Shown piece after piece: positions 29,030-38,258 of a DNA stretch of 64,000 nt; position 1 is the stretch's first letter; every line of letters starts with the position of its first letter. The DNA is from a candidate division WOR-3 bacterium (GTDB taxonomy: Bacteria; Hydrothermota; Hydrothermia; JBDRYB01): assembly GCA_039803205.1 (NCBI GenBank), contig JBDRYB010000004.1, positions 64,001-128,000 of the forward strand. The letters run 5' to 3'. The position numbers and the translations under genes are program-made. Under the pieces are notes generated by a model. That model made no database searches. It was not told the DNA's origin and saw nothing but the letters and a program-made list of their open reading frames with translations.

Positions 29030-29058
29030 TTAATAACGGTTTTTGCTTGGACTGTCAA
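29030..29058 (-). promoter_or_regulatory. Putative sigma70 promoter of grpE-dnaK operon
   Basis: TTGACA-N17-TATTAA on minus strand. Confidence 0.5.
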
Positions 29059-29192
29059 GGGCCGAGTCCACTCATCTGACACATTCCATACCCCCGGATT
29101 AAAGGTCTGGCCAGGGTTTCCTTGCAATCTACGGGGGTCTCTGAGATGAAGGCTTATGTAGCCTCTCAGAAACTCTCTAACCAGGAGTCCAA

Positions 29193-29603
29193 GTTCGCTC
29201 AAAACTAAGACCTAACCCTGAGCTACCAGAGGATAATGCTCAAGCTCAGAGGGGTTCTACATGGGGAGAGATTGTGAAATTGAAGAGCACGCGAGGGAAT
29301 GCCCTCGCGTGCGTTAACCTCTACTCGTTCTTCTGGTTCATCCGGCTCCTCCCATCCTCCGTGAATGCCCAATACCTTCTCTGGGTCTTCTTGATCTTGA
29401 GCCTCTGGCGGTGGGGTCTAGCGTATCTGTTCAGCTTTGCTATGGCGTATTTCCTGGTTTTCAGCACGGTGATGGCCATATACTCGTCCACTATCCTGGA
29501 CTTCTCCTTCTTGGTGGCCCTTCTGTATCTCAGGGCCATTCGCATGCTCAGCTGATATTTGGCCCTCCCCTAGCTCAGGGTTAGGATTCTATTTTGAGCG
29601 AAC
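29193..29603 (-). mobile_element. MITE-like non-autonomous element, copy 2
   Basis: Inverted near-identical copy of 8458-8886; intact mini-ORF RYRRATKKEKSRIVDEY..IT....RKYAI..LN. Confidence 0.9.
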
Positions 29604-29701
29604 GCGCAGTTGGCAATGCCACGAAAGGATGCATTATAATCTCTCCACACTCGTAATTGAAGAGCCTGGTAAGCTGGTTCAGGCTCTTAAGGAGGTTGAT
29701 T

Positions 29702-30325
29702 ATGGAAAAGGGAAAAGCGGGAATGTTCGTTGATGTGCAGAATGTCCAGGTAACCTTTGAGAAGGCTGGGAACGAGGTCAGATATGACAAACTCCTCTCT
29801 GAGATAGCAAGGGCATGTGAAAAGGAAGGGCTTTCACTCTGGAAGGCCGTTGCTTTTGTGCCATTTGACCCCAGGGATCAGCGGAGGGAACGCCTCATCA
29901 ACGCGCTCTCCTTCATGGGTTACAGGGTAAAATCTAAGCAGGTCAAGCGCCTTCCGGATGGCTCGGTGAAAGCGAACATGGACATGGAAATAACCCTGGA
30001 GATACTATCCGCCGCGGATTATCTGGACATGATAGTAATAGTCTCCGGAGACAGCGATTTTGTTCCTCTCATTGATACCCTGAACAGGATGGGCAAAAAG
30101 ATATGGGTCATAGGCACGAAGAAGGGCGCTGTCGGAATAGAACTCATAAGGGCATCCGACAAATACGATAACATGGATGACATGGAGGGCGTGATAATTC
30201 CTTTCAGCGTTTCCTCAACCAAGTGGGAGGAGGATTTCTTCACGGTTTCCGGAGGCGTTGAGGAGTTCAAGGAGGGATGGCCAGAGGAAGAGCCGGATAT
30301 TGGTCAACCTGAGGAAGAGGAATAA
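29702..30325 (+). CDS. NYN domain (LabA/DUF88) protein
   Basis: FVDVQN, KANMDMEI, VSGDSDFVPL. Confidence 0.9.
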   Translation: MEKGKAGMFVDVQNVQVTFEKAGNEVRYDKLLSEIARACEKEGLSLWKAVAFVPFDPRDQRRERLINALSFMGYRVKSKQVKRLPDGSVKANMDMEITLEILSAADYLDMIVIVSGDSDFVPLIDTLNRMGKKIWVIGTKKGAVGIELIRASDKYDNMDDMEGVIIPFSVSSTKWEEDFFTVSGGVEEFKEGWPEEEPDIGQPEEEE

Positions 30326-30338
30326 TTAAGCCCAGAAT

Positions 30339-31388
30339 TTGGAAACATCTCTCTCGCTTTATGACTTTGCACTGCCGCCCGAGAGGATAGCTCAGTATCC
30401 CTCCCAGAGGGGGAGGTCAAGGCTATTTGTCATACAGAGAGATGGCTCGTTCCTGCACGGAAGCTTCTCGGACATCCCGGATTACTTTGAGCCAGGCGAT
30501 GTCCTCATCGTAAACGATACGAGGGTTCTAAGAGCGAGACTCCTCGGCAAAACCCCTTCAGGGGGCAGAGTTGAGATATTGTTCACGAAGGCTAATGAAG
30601 CTAAAAGGTTCAGGGCGATCGTCAGGCCGGGGAAGAGGTTCAAGCCGGGCACGAGGATAGCGGTTGAGGATGAGGTCCTTGTTGTTCTATCAAGGGATGG
30701 CCGGTTGGCTGAGCTGGAGATTGAGAGCGGCAATGATGTCATTATGCTCCTTGAGAAGCACGGCCGTGTTCCGCTTCCTCCATACATAAAGAGGCCTCCG
30801 GAGCCTGACGACGAGAAGCGCTACCAGACGGTCTTTGCCAGAGAACCCGGCTCCGTTGCCGCGCCCACAGCAGGACTGCACTTTACCGAGGAAATCCTTG
30901 AGGGAATAAGGGCAAAGGGAACCAAGATAGCCAACATAACCCTTCATGTTGGACCCGGAACCTTTAATCCGATAGAGGCTTTGGACCTTAAGGAGCACAA
31001 CATGGAGGCCGAATACTACACCATCCCAAAGGAGACCGCGGAGGCGATCCGAGAAGCCAAATCAAAAGGTAGGAGGGTTTTCGTGTGCGGCACGAGCTCG
31101 GCGAGGGCCACCGAAACCTGGGCTATGGGCCGGGGGCCTCTGGCTGGTTGGACAGACCTGTTCATTTATCCGGGCCACGAATTTAGCGTTCCATCCGCCC
31201 TCATAACCAACCTTCACCTGCCCAAAAGCACCCCCCTCGCGCTTGTCGCGGCCTTCTGCGGTAGGGAGCTCATCCTTGAGGCATACAAAGAGGCATTGAA
31301 AATGGGCTACATGTTCGGCTCGTATGGGGATGCAATGCTGGTTCTGTATCGTGTGGCCCCTGGGGAAAACAGGCTTCTGGAGTTTTAG
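30339..31388 (+). CDS. queA: S-adenosylmethionine:tRNA ribosyltransferase-isomerase
   Basis: LPPERIAQYP, PLPPYIKR, YQTVFA, AAPTAGLHFT, SYGDAML. Confidence 0.96.
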   Translation: METSLSLYDFALPPERIAQYPSQRGRSRLFVIQRDGSFLHGSFSDIPDYFEPGDVLIVNDTRVLRARLLGKTPSGGRVEILFTKANEAKRFRAIVRPGKRFKPGTRIAVEDEVLVVLSRDGRLAELEIESGNDVIMLLEKHGRVPLPPYIKRPPEPDDEKRYQTVFAREPGSVAAPTAGLHFTEEILEGIRAKGTKIANITLHVGPGTFNPIEALDLKEHNMEAEYYTIPKETAEAIREAKSKGRRVFVCGTSSARATETWAMGRGPLAGWTDLFIYPGHEFSVPSALITNLHLPKSTPLALVAAFCGRELILEAYKEALKMGYMFGSYGDAMLVLYRVAPGENRLLEF

Positions 31389-31397
31389 CCCCCCGCA

Positions 31398-31762
31398 GTG
31401 TTTCAAAATTCCAGATCACCGAACCAAGGGTCCACAGGGTTAAGGCGTTGTCTGAGCTCCAGCTCCTTAGCTGTCTCCTCGGGGAGATATGGTAAGAGCC
31501 TCTTTGGGGGCCTCTGAGGCTGGCCATATACGCTCCTCGGCCTGCCGCTTTCTGTTCTCACCTTGAGTATGCTACGCCTCGTTGAGGTGAAGAGGTTTAG
31601 AAGCGGCTCGTGGTGGCCTGGTTCACCATCCCTCCCTGTGGCTATGGAATAGGGTATCCTGGCTCTCAGGGGCCTCTAGGCTGATGAGTTTCTCTTCACG
31701 AGGGACTATAACCCATGCCTATCTGAGGGTCGTATTCGGCGATCACATTTTTGGAGCTAAAC
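31398..31762 (-). mobile_element. IS-derived remnant carrying a transposase C-terminal fragment
   Basis: Minus-strand LLNLFTSTRRSILKVRTESGRPRSVYGQPQRPPKRLLPYLPEETAKELELRQRLNPVD; imperfect TIRs sharing CAAAA..GATC.CCGAA. Confidence 0.6.
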
Positions 31763-31804
31763 GCCGGTTTTTAACCAGCAACCATGAGCCAATATAATTT
31801 GAAG

Positions 31805-32452
31805 GTGATCCGTGGCGCTTTTCACCTGCACTCGTCCCTCTCCTCCGATGGGCAAGGGGATTTTAGGGATTGGGCACTTTGGGCACGAGAGCGCGGGCTT
31901 TCCTTCCTTATTTTCACCGAGCATGAGCCTGATGTAACCGAGGCACAGCTTGCCGGGATGCCTGATGAGGTAGCAGGCGTAAGGCTATTTTGGTTCTTTG
32001 AAAAAGGAAACGAGCATTGCCACTGGGTTGAGCTTCCAGGCATGGCGGTTCTCCTCCACCCGGGCGAACCAAAGTCCCCTGATAAACTTTTCGCTTGCGT
32101 GGAGGCGTGGAACCTGAAACGCGACGGGCCTTATCCATCGCGCCGGGTTCTCACGGCATTCAAGGGACAGGATCTTATGTTCATCGGGGGATGCGATTTC
32201 CATTCTCCTCGGTATACGCCTATAGTCCTCGAGCTTGAGGGGAACGACCCTCTCATTTCGCTACGGGAAGGCAGGTTTGTTTCCCGCCGGGGCAGGGTTA
32301 TTCTTCATCCGGACGGGAGGGTTGAGGGCGCCGGAATGGGTTGGAGGGCTTGGGAAGCCCTGATGGCCGGATACCGTGGGCTAAGGTGGATTGCGAGGAA
32401 TCTCGGCCTGGCAGGGGTTCTCAGGCGGATAAGGAGGAATCTGAGAAAATGA
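31805..32452 (+). CDS. PHP-domain metal-dependent phosphoesterase-like protein
   Basis: HLHSSLSSDG, FTEH, HP, VEAWN, GGCDFH. Confidence 0.75.
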   Translation: MIRGAFHLHSSLSSDGQGDFRDWALWARERGLSFLIFTEHEPDVTEAQLAGMPDEVAGVRLFWFFEKGNEHCHWVELPGMAVLLHPGEPKSPDKLFACVEAWNLKRDGPYPSRRVLTAFKGQDLMFIGGCDFHSPRYTPIVLELEGNDPLISLREGRFVSRRGRVILHPDGRVEGAGMGWRAWEALMAGYRGLRWIARNLGLAGVLRRIRRNLRK

Positions 32453-33168
32453 GAGGCAAAAGGGTTCTTTTATACCATTCAATAACCGATAGAGACGGAT
32501 TTCTCCGGCAGATTGACATTATATCAGGCATGCGAACCTGTTTTGCTTCTGAGATATTGAGGGCAGAAGCCCCTTGCGTCGCGATAACATTTGACGATGG
32601 GTGGTCGGATCTCATCTGGGCTTTTTCCGAATTGAAGGCCAGGGGCCTCCCGGCCACGCTTTTTTTGACAACAGTGCTTCCAGAGCTGAGAGAAACAGGT
32701 CGCTGGGAGAACTTCACTCGGGCCAAATTCCCTCGCTTGTCAGAGACATCGTTTTTGGTTCCGCTTTCCTGGGATGAACTGCGAGAGCTTGTCAAGGAGG
32801 GACTTGAGATAGGCTCACACGGCTACATCCACATCAGGTTTGCCTCTGGGGCAGAGGAGGAGCTCAGGGTTTCGCGGAAGATGATAAGGGAAAGGCTCAG
32901 CGTTGAAACGAAGATATTCGCTTATCCCTATGGAAGGCGCAGGGACATTGAACTCTCGGCAAAGGGGCTTCTTCCCGCGTCCGGTTACGAGATGGGTTTT
33001 ATCGGCCATGGCTGGGCTGTCCCCGATGATTGCGATCCCCTTCTCATTCCGAGGCACCCCGTGAAGGAGTCGTGGTCTCCCGAAAGATTCAAGGGCATAC
33101 TGGCAGGAAAGACGGATCTCAAGGAGCGGATGTCCTGGTGGGTTCAGGGTCTTATTTCCCAGAGGTAA
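32449..33168 (+). CDS. Polysaccharide deacetylase (CE4/NodB-like)
   Basis: LLYH, ITFDDG, EIGSHG..H, FAYPYG. Confidence 0.88.
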   Translation: MRGKRVLLYHSITDRDGFLRQIDIISGMRTCFASEILRAEAPCVAITFDDGWSDLIWAFSELKARGLPATLFLTTVLPELRETGRWENFTRAKFPRLSETSFLVPLSWDELRELVKEGLEIGSHGYIHIRFASGAEEELRVSRKMIRERLSVETKIFAYPYGRRRDIELSAKGLLPASGYEMGFIGHGWAVPDDCDPLLIPRHPVKESWSPERFKGILAGKTDLKERMSWWVQGLISQR

Positions 33169-33679
33169 TCGTGAGCCTCTCCGAATCTGAGGGGTTGGTC
33201 ATCCCGCTCTCATCGTAACCCACCACATATATCCAGTAGTTTCCGTAAGGCCAACCGGAGACATCCAGGTCCAGATATACATCCTCGGAATCCGAATCAA
33301 ACGAACCATCCGAGGGTTTCATGGATTTCTGGGTAAAGCCAGGAATCTCCTCAAATGATTCTGTCCTCGCACAGAGCTCAGCCCGGGCTACGCGATGAGT
33401 ATCGCCGGGTTCAGGACTATAAGTTATGACGGTCGCGACCACCCTGACCGTCCTCGCTCCCTCAGTTGGGTTCGGGAAAACGATTAAGCTCGTGATACCG
33501 GGGCCGTAATAACTGGGCATTGGAACATAGCATGTTGGTGCGATGTCTTCTGCCGAGAGTCCGGAAGCCAAGAAACCCAGCAACCCAAAAACTAATCCTG
33601 AGGGCAAAACCCCTTTCCTCGCGCCGAGGAAGAGAAGTCGACAAAGCCCCCGCAGGACATCCTTTTTCATTTTTGCCAT
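33152..33679 (-). CDS. Hypothetical exported protein with Ig-like domain
   Basis: Signal-like segment, PTCYVPM, FPNPT, DGSFDSDSE; leaderless ATG. Confidence 0.6.
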   Translation of the reverse strand: MAKMKKDVLRGLCRLLFLGARKGVLPSGLVFGLLGFLASGLSAEDIAPTCYVPMPSYYGPGITSLIVFPNPTEGARTVRVVATVITYSPEPGDTHRVARAELCARTESFEEIPGFTQKSMKPSDGSFDSDSEDVYLDLDVSGWPYGNYWIYVVGYDESGMTNPSDSERLTITSGK

Positions 33680-33807
33680 GGCCAAATTATAGATCTTGCG
33701 AAACCCGATAAGAAAATCCTTGGCGGAGAACCCCCGCTGTTTGCTCCTCGGTTATCTTCAGTTCCATCAATCAGGGTTCTGGCCATCGCCACGGAATAAT
33801 TCCCCAG

Positions 33808-34638
33808 CTATCTCATGAGAACCCACCAGGCCCGCTCCAGTTTCTCTGGTTTTGGTTTGATGCTTAGAGGCAATATCTCTTCAACTTCTTCCTCAGACAG
33901 CCTGTAGGCAAATGCGCTGGTTATTAACGAGCCTTCCTGGAACCAGGGGCCGGGTTCCTCTTTTCCCCTTTGTAGGGTGAATACCGGCCACCACTCTCCG
34001 AGGAAAGCCTCAGCGGCCCCTTCGGTGAGTCCTGCAGAGACCAGATTTCTCCTTATCTCGCTTTCGGACGGAATCCCTGCCGGCTCGGGCCAGATCGTCT
34101 CTGATGGCCCCAGAATAGGTATGTAATACGAAAGGAGGATTCCCTTTTCGGCTCCGGGGTAGCCAATCAGGTATATGATATCATAAACAGGATGCTTCCC
34201 GGAGTTCAGGAACCCCATTTTGTCCCCCTCTCTCAGTATCCTAACCTTGTTCTCGTATGAGACCTGAGCCTCGTAGAAGATGTAGCCGCACGCGTGCTCG
34301 TTCGCGAGGATTGCCGTCGCTTTCTGATCCGTCCAGCACGAGGGTTCGGGGCTGGCCTTCTTGGGATCACATTGCCTTATCCTCCAAGAGGGCTTTCCAT
34401 TTATCTCAACAAATGGTGGTTCTGAGACGGTTATCTTATCAGGAGAAACTCCAAGGCTGAGAACCAATTCCTTGGAGATGTTCCCGTAGAAATAGAGGAC
34501 AGGGGCTTTCACGACAGGCATATCCGAGGTATCCTCTATCAGCTCTCCGAATGCTGTGGCCGAGGATATCACCTTGCCTGAACCGAGGTCTACAACTCCC
34601 CACTCCGAAACAGAGAAGCTCAGAATAATCGCTATCAT
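33808..34638 (-). CDS. Hypothetical secreted protein
   Basis: VSEWG, KAPVLYFY, IFYE, AGLTEGAAEAFL..W, LPLSI.P.P motifs. Confidence 0.6.
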   Translation of the reverse strand: MIAIILSFSVSEWGVVDLGSGKVISSATAFGELIEDTSDMPVVKAPVLYFYGNISKELVLSLGVSPDKITVSEPPFVEINGKPSWRIRQCDPKKASPEPSCWTDQKATAILANEHACGYIFYEAQVSYENKVRILREGDKMGFLNSGKHPVYDIIYLIGYPGAEKGILLSYYIPILGPSETIWPEPAGIPSESEIRRNLVSAGLTEGAAEAFLGEWWPVFTLQRGKEEPGPWFQEGSLITSAFAYRLSEEEVEEILPLSIKPKPEKLERAWWVLMR

Positions 34639-34670
34639 TATCATATTATAAAGCTTCTCGCACCTGAAGT

Positions 34671-34865
34671 CTACTCGGTTATCTCTGTGTCTATGGAATC
34701 CGGAGAGCCAAGCATTCCCTCCATGTCCCACCCTGAGACAAAGACCCTGTGCTTTCCAGGGGTGAGGCCCGTTATGTCCAGGCCAAGGGGTATCCTTCCT
34801 CTTCTTAGCGAGGTCAAAAGAAACCTGGCAAGACCGCGCGTCAATTCCTTTTTCACCTTTGTCAT
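34671..34865 (-). pseudogene. Internally deleted paralog of 33152-33679
   Basis: First ~26 aa and last ~38 aa align with the two ends of the neighbouring gene; the middle is missing. Confidence 0.65.
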
Positions 34866-34898
34866 GTGTAAAATATTAATTCAAGGATGAGGGATCTT

Positions 34899-35846
34899 TC
34901 AAGGCTCAAAGCTCCTGAGAAACGCCTCCATCCTGAAGATATACTGGAGCTTGTCCGGTTTCTCTGGCGCGAAAACAGCCATGTCTATCATGTAGAATTT
35001 TCCTCCTTCATTAAAGGCTATGAGCTTAAAAGGCCCCCCCGCGACCCGCTGGTCGTTCTGCCAGACCCCCCAGATGGCCATAGCGGGATTACCCCTGAAC
35101 CTGGTCTCCTCAACCTCAACCAGGTCCCTCATTGAATAGTCCCCGTCGTAGAAAGCCGCGGTCAGCTCATCCCTGAGATCAAGGATCCCCTTGGGATCCA
35201 GGGCACGAGGAGCGGATTCCCTGTAAATGAAGAAGAACTGGTCTGGGTTGTGCTTTGCCATACAGAGGAAGTTCTCCTCCTCTTTTACAAAGGACCAGCC
35301 ATCCGGCAGGTCTATTTTGTAGCCATATTCCTCCCTTATGGTGTTTGCGAACTTCTTGTTCCTGCCAGGGTAGTATGAGAGCCGGGAGTAAAGGAACATG
35401 ACCCTGTCAATCATCTTGTCCCTGAGAATGGGCGTTATGGCTGTTAGCGAGCCGTATAGCCCCTCCTCTTTTTCGCCAAAGAGCCCTATCACATAATCGT
35501 CTCTCACAAACCCCCCATTCTTCTCCGAGAGGCCTTGTCGCGGTTCAGGGAAAACGGAGAGGTAGAGGTTGAAGGTCTTGGATGAGGGCGTGGCCAGGAT
35601 GATTATGTTCTTGTGGCCTTTCCAGTTCTTCTGGAATTCATCCGGCGTCACGAAAGTCAGCTTGAAGAGGCTCTCGGGTTGCGGGGTCTGGATGATCCTG
35701 AACATCTCTGCCTGCAGGTGCGTTGCGACCCGTCTCAGGTCATCCGAATAGACGATAACCCATCTCCTCTCTTCTCCTCTGGCATAGCGCTCTATCCTTG
35801 GGAAACAGGAAAGCGCGATCACTACCAGTATAAAGGCTTTCCTCAT
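34899..35846 (-). CDS. DUF4837-like lipoprotein
   Basis: Lipobox ALSC; PQPE..F, GVW.ND...GGPF, VFAP.K. Confidence 0.7.
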   Translation of the reverse strand: MRKAFILVVIALSCFPRIERYARGEERRWVIVYSDDLRRVATHLQAEMFRIIQTPQPESLFKLTFVTPDEFQKNWKGHKNIIILATPSSKTFNLYLSVFPEPRQGLSEKNGGFVRDDYVIGLFGEKEEGLYGSLTAITPILRDKMIDRVMFLYSRLSYYPGRNKKFANTIREEYGYKIDLPDGWSFVKEEENFLCMAKHNPDQFFFIYRESAPRALDPKGILDLRDELTAAFYDGDYSMRDLVEVEETRFRGNPAMAIWGVWQNDQRVAGGPFKLIAFNEGGKFYMIDMAVFAPEKPDKLQYIFRMEAFLRSFEP

Positions 35847-35923
35847 GGACAAATTATAAACGGGGAGATCGCGTTTGATCCGCAACGCGCGGGGAGGATA
35901 TAATTGGCGTCTAGGCGAAGCCC

Positions 35924-37177
35924 ATGCGAGATTTTCATATCGCAGACCCAAGGCTAGCTGAGGCTGGCCAGAAGCGGATAGAATGGGCAGGAGAACACAT
36001 GCCTGTCCTTGCAAACCTCTCCAAAGAGCACACCGGAACCCTGAAGGGCCTAAGGCTCTCGCTTTGCCTTCATGTGACCACCGAGACAGCGAATCTGGTT
36101 TTGGCACTGAGGGCCGCGGGTGCGGATACCAGGCTTTGCGCCTCAAATCCCCTATCAACCCAGGACGATGTGGCCGCGGCCCTGGCGGTCAATCACGGGG
36201 TTCCGGTCTTCGCCATACACGGCGAGGATAAAGAGACATATTATGAGCACATAAAAAGGTGCCTCAGCCACCGGCCCCACATAACCATGGATGATGGAGG
36301 AGACCTCACATCGTATATACACAAGGAGGATCCGGGTATGGCTGAAGGCGTCCTTGGGGGAACCGAGGAAACAACCACTGGGGTCATAAGGTTCAGGGCC
36401 ATGGAGCGCGAGGGGGTTCTACTTTATCCCATAATAGCGGTCAACGATTCCCGGACCAAGTTTCTGTTTGACAACCGGTATGGCACTGGTCAGAGCACAA
36501 TAGACGGGATACTCAGACTAACGAACATCCTTCTTGCCGGTAAGACCTTCGCTGTTGCAGGATACGGATGGTGTGGAAAGGGAATAGCTCAGAGGGCCAA
36601 AGGCTCAGGCGCGAGGGTCCTCGTCTGTGAGGCAGACCCAATTAAGGCGCTTGAGGCGGCGATGGATGGGTTTGAAGCGGTTAGCGTTGCTGAGGCCATA
36701 GCGAGGGCTGACATCCTCGTTACGGCCACCGGGGACAAGCATGTGGTTGACGAGGAGCACATTGCCCTGGCAAAGGATGGGATAATCCTGGCCAACTCTG
36801 GCCACTTTGATGTTGAGATAAACATCCCGGCCATACGGAAGGCCTCGGTTAAAGAGGATGAGGCCAGGCCTGGGGTCAGGCGCTTCACTCTGAGGGATGG
36901 CAGGAGGATATACCTACTTACGGATGGGAGGCTCGTTAACCTCTCAGGCGCTGAGGGCCACCCCGCTGAGGTCATGGATATGAGCTTCTCCAATCAGTTC
37001 CTAGCCGCAAAATACCTAAAGGAGAACGCTGGCAAACTGGAGAAGAAAGTCTATACCCTCCCTGTTGAGATAGATGAGATGATCGCCAGGGCAAAGCTCA
37101 GACACATGGGGATGGGCCTTGAAGAGCTGAGACCGGACCAGCTCAAATACCTTTCCGACTGGAGAGAGGGAACATGA
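35924..37177 (+). CDS. ahcY: Adenosylhomocysteinase
   Basis: CLHVT.ETA, SNPLSTQD, EETTTG, FDNRYGTGQS, GHPAEVMDMSF. Confidence 0.97.
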   Translation: MRDFHIADPRLAEAGQKRIEWAGEHMPVLANLSKEHTGTLKGLRLSLCLHVTTETANLVLALRAAGADTRLCASNPLSTQDDVAAALAVNHGVPVFAIHGEDKETYYEHIKRCLSHRPHITMDDGGDLTSYIHKEDPGMAEGVLGGTEETTTGVIRFRAMEREGVLLYPIIAVNDSRTKFLFDNRYGTGQSTIDGILRLTNILLAGKTFAVAGYGWCGKGIAQRAKGSGARVLVCEADPIKALEAAMDGFEAVSVAEAIARADILVTATGDKHVVDEEHIALAKDGIILANSGHFDVEINIPAIRKASVKEDEARPGVRRFTLRDGRRIYLLTDGRLVNLSGAEGHPAEVMDMSFSNQFLAAKYLKENAGKLEKKVYTLPVEIDEMIARAKLRHMGMGLEELRPDQLKYLSDWREGT

Positions 37178-38247
37178 CTCTCTTTCTCTGCCTCGCCTCT
37201 CTCCAGCCCCCAAGGAATCTCAGGAGCGCAACCTGCGTCGGAGATACGACCGCTGGCCTGCTCCTGATGTGGGATAGGAGCCCAGACGCGGAGCTATACG
37301 ATGTCTTTCTGGTTGATTCCACCGGAAACAAGCTCTATCTCGGAACGACGAGTCAGGACTACAACAGATACAAGCACTTTGATGTTAAGGCCGGGGAAAC
37401 ATACACCTTTATAGTTTCATCAGTAAGGGGCGATGAAAGAGCGGAATCAGCACCATACACGATCGCATTCAGGCCGGCTTGGTTTGATGTGACCAGGCTC
37501 AACAACCTCGTTTTCCTCCTGGGTTTCAGCCTCGTCTTTTTCGCTTATCTTTTGGTTGCCCGGAGGGGGATCCCCATGTCAATCCGGAAGATAGCGGGGC
37601 TTGAGGAGATTGACAACGCCGTTGGCAGGGCAACGGAGCTCGGCAGGCCCATACTCTTCATCCACGGTCTGAGCACCATAAGCGAACTGCCGACCGTGGC
37701 CGCTCTCACTGTGCTGAAACACATAGGAAAGAAGGCCGCTGAGTATGAGATCAGGCTCCTCGTTCCGAACAACGATCCCCTGGTCATGGCCGCGAGCCAG
37801 GAGGTCGTCAAGGAGGCATACACCGAGTCCGGGAGGCCTGACCTCTACAACGAGGATGACATATTCTTCGTCTCGCCTGAGCAGTTTGCCTATGCGGCCG
37901 CGGTGAACGGCATCGCCATAAGGGAAAGGGCAGGTGCTGTATTTCTCCTCGGATACTTCTACGCTGAGAGCCTGATGTTCGCTGAGGTCGGGCAATCGGT
38001 TGGCGCTATACAGGTCGCTGGAACATCAGCTACGGATCAGCTTCCCTTCTTCGTGGCCTCGTGCGATTACACCCTCATAGGAGAGGAGCTCTACGCGGCC
38101 TCGGCTTATCTCTCTGGAGATGCCCTGCAGATAGCGACCGTGAAAGCAGAAGACATATTCAAGCTCTTAACGGTCATTTTGGTTCTTCTTGGCTCCATAA
38201 CCGAGGCAATTGGTTGGAGGTTCATCTTTGACCTTTTGATGACCTGA
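37174..38247 (+). CDS. FN3 + DUF6754-like membrane protein
   Basis: N-terminal FN3-like domain, TM, then IRKIAGLEEIDNAVGRATELGRP...CDYTLIGEELYAASAYL, C-terminal TM. Confidence 0.7.
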   Translation: MTLFLCLASLQPPRNLRSATCVGDTTAGLLLMWDRSPDAELYDVFLVDSTGNKLYLGTTSQDYNRYKHFDVKAGETYTFIVSSVRGDERAESAPYTIAFRPAWFDVTRLNNLVFLLGFSLVFFAYLLVARRGIPMSIRKIAGLEEIDNAVGRATELGRPILFIHGLSTISELPTVAALTVLKHIGKKAAEYEIRLLVPNNDPLVMAASQEVVKEAYTESGRPDLYNEDDIFFVSPEQFAYAAAVNGIAIRERAGAVFLLGYFYAESLMFAEVGQSVGAIQVAGTSATDQLPFFVASCDYTLIGEELYAASAYLSGDALQIATVKAEDIFKLLTVILVLLGSITEAIGWRFIFDLLMT

Positions 38248-38258
38248 AGGAGGTTTAT

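Noticed and set aside
29702..30325. NYN protein as a defence or toxin gene
   Set aside because: No antitoxin or defence context; ordinary LabA/DUF88 gene coupled to queA
34899..36158. ORF-track extended start overlapping ahcY
   Set aside because: The true start is probably ATG 35846, which has a lipoprotein signal and a -10 box
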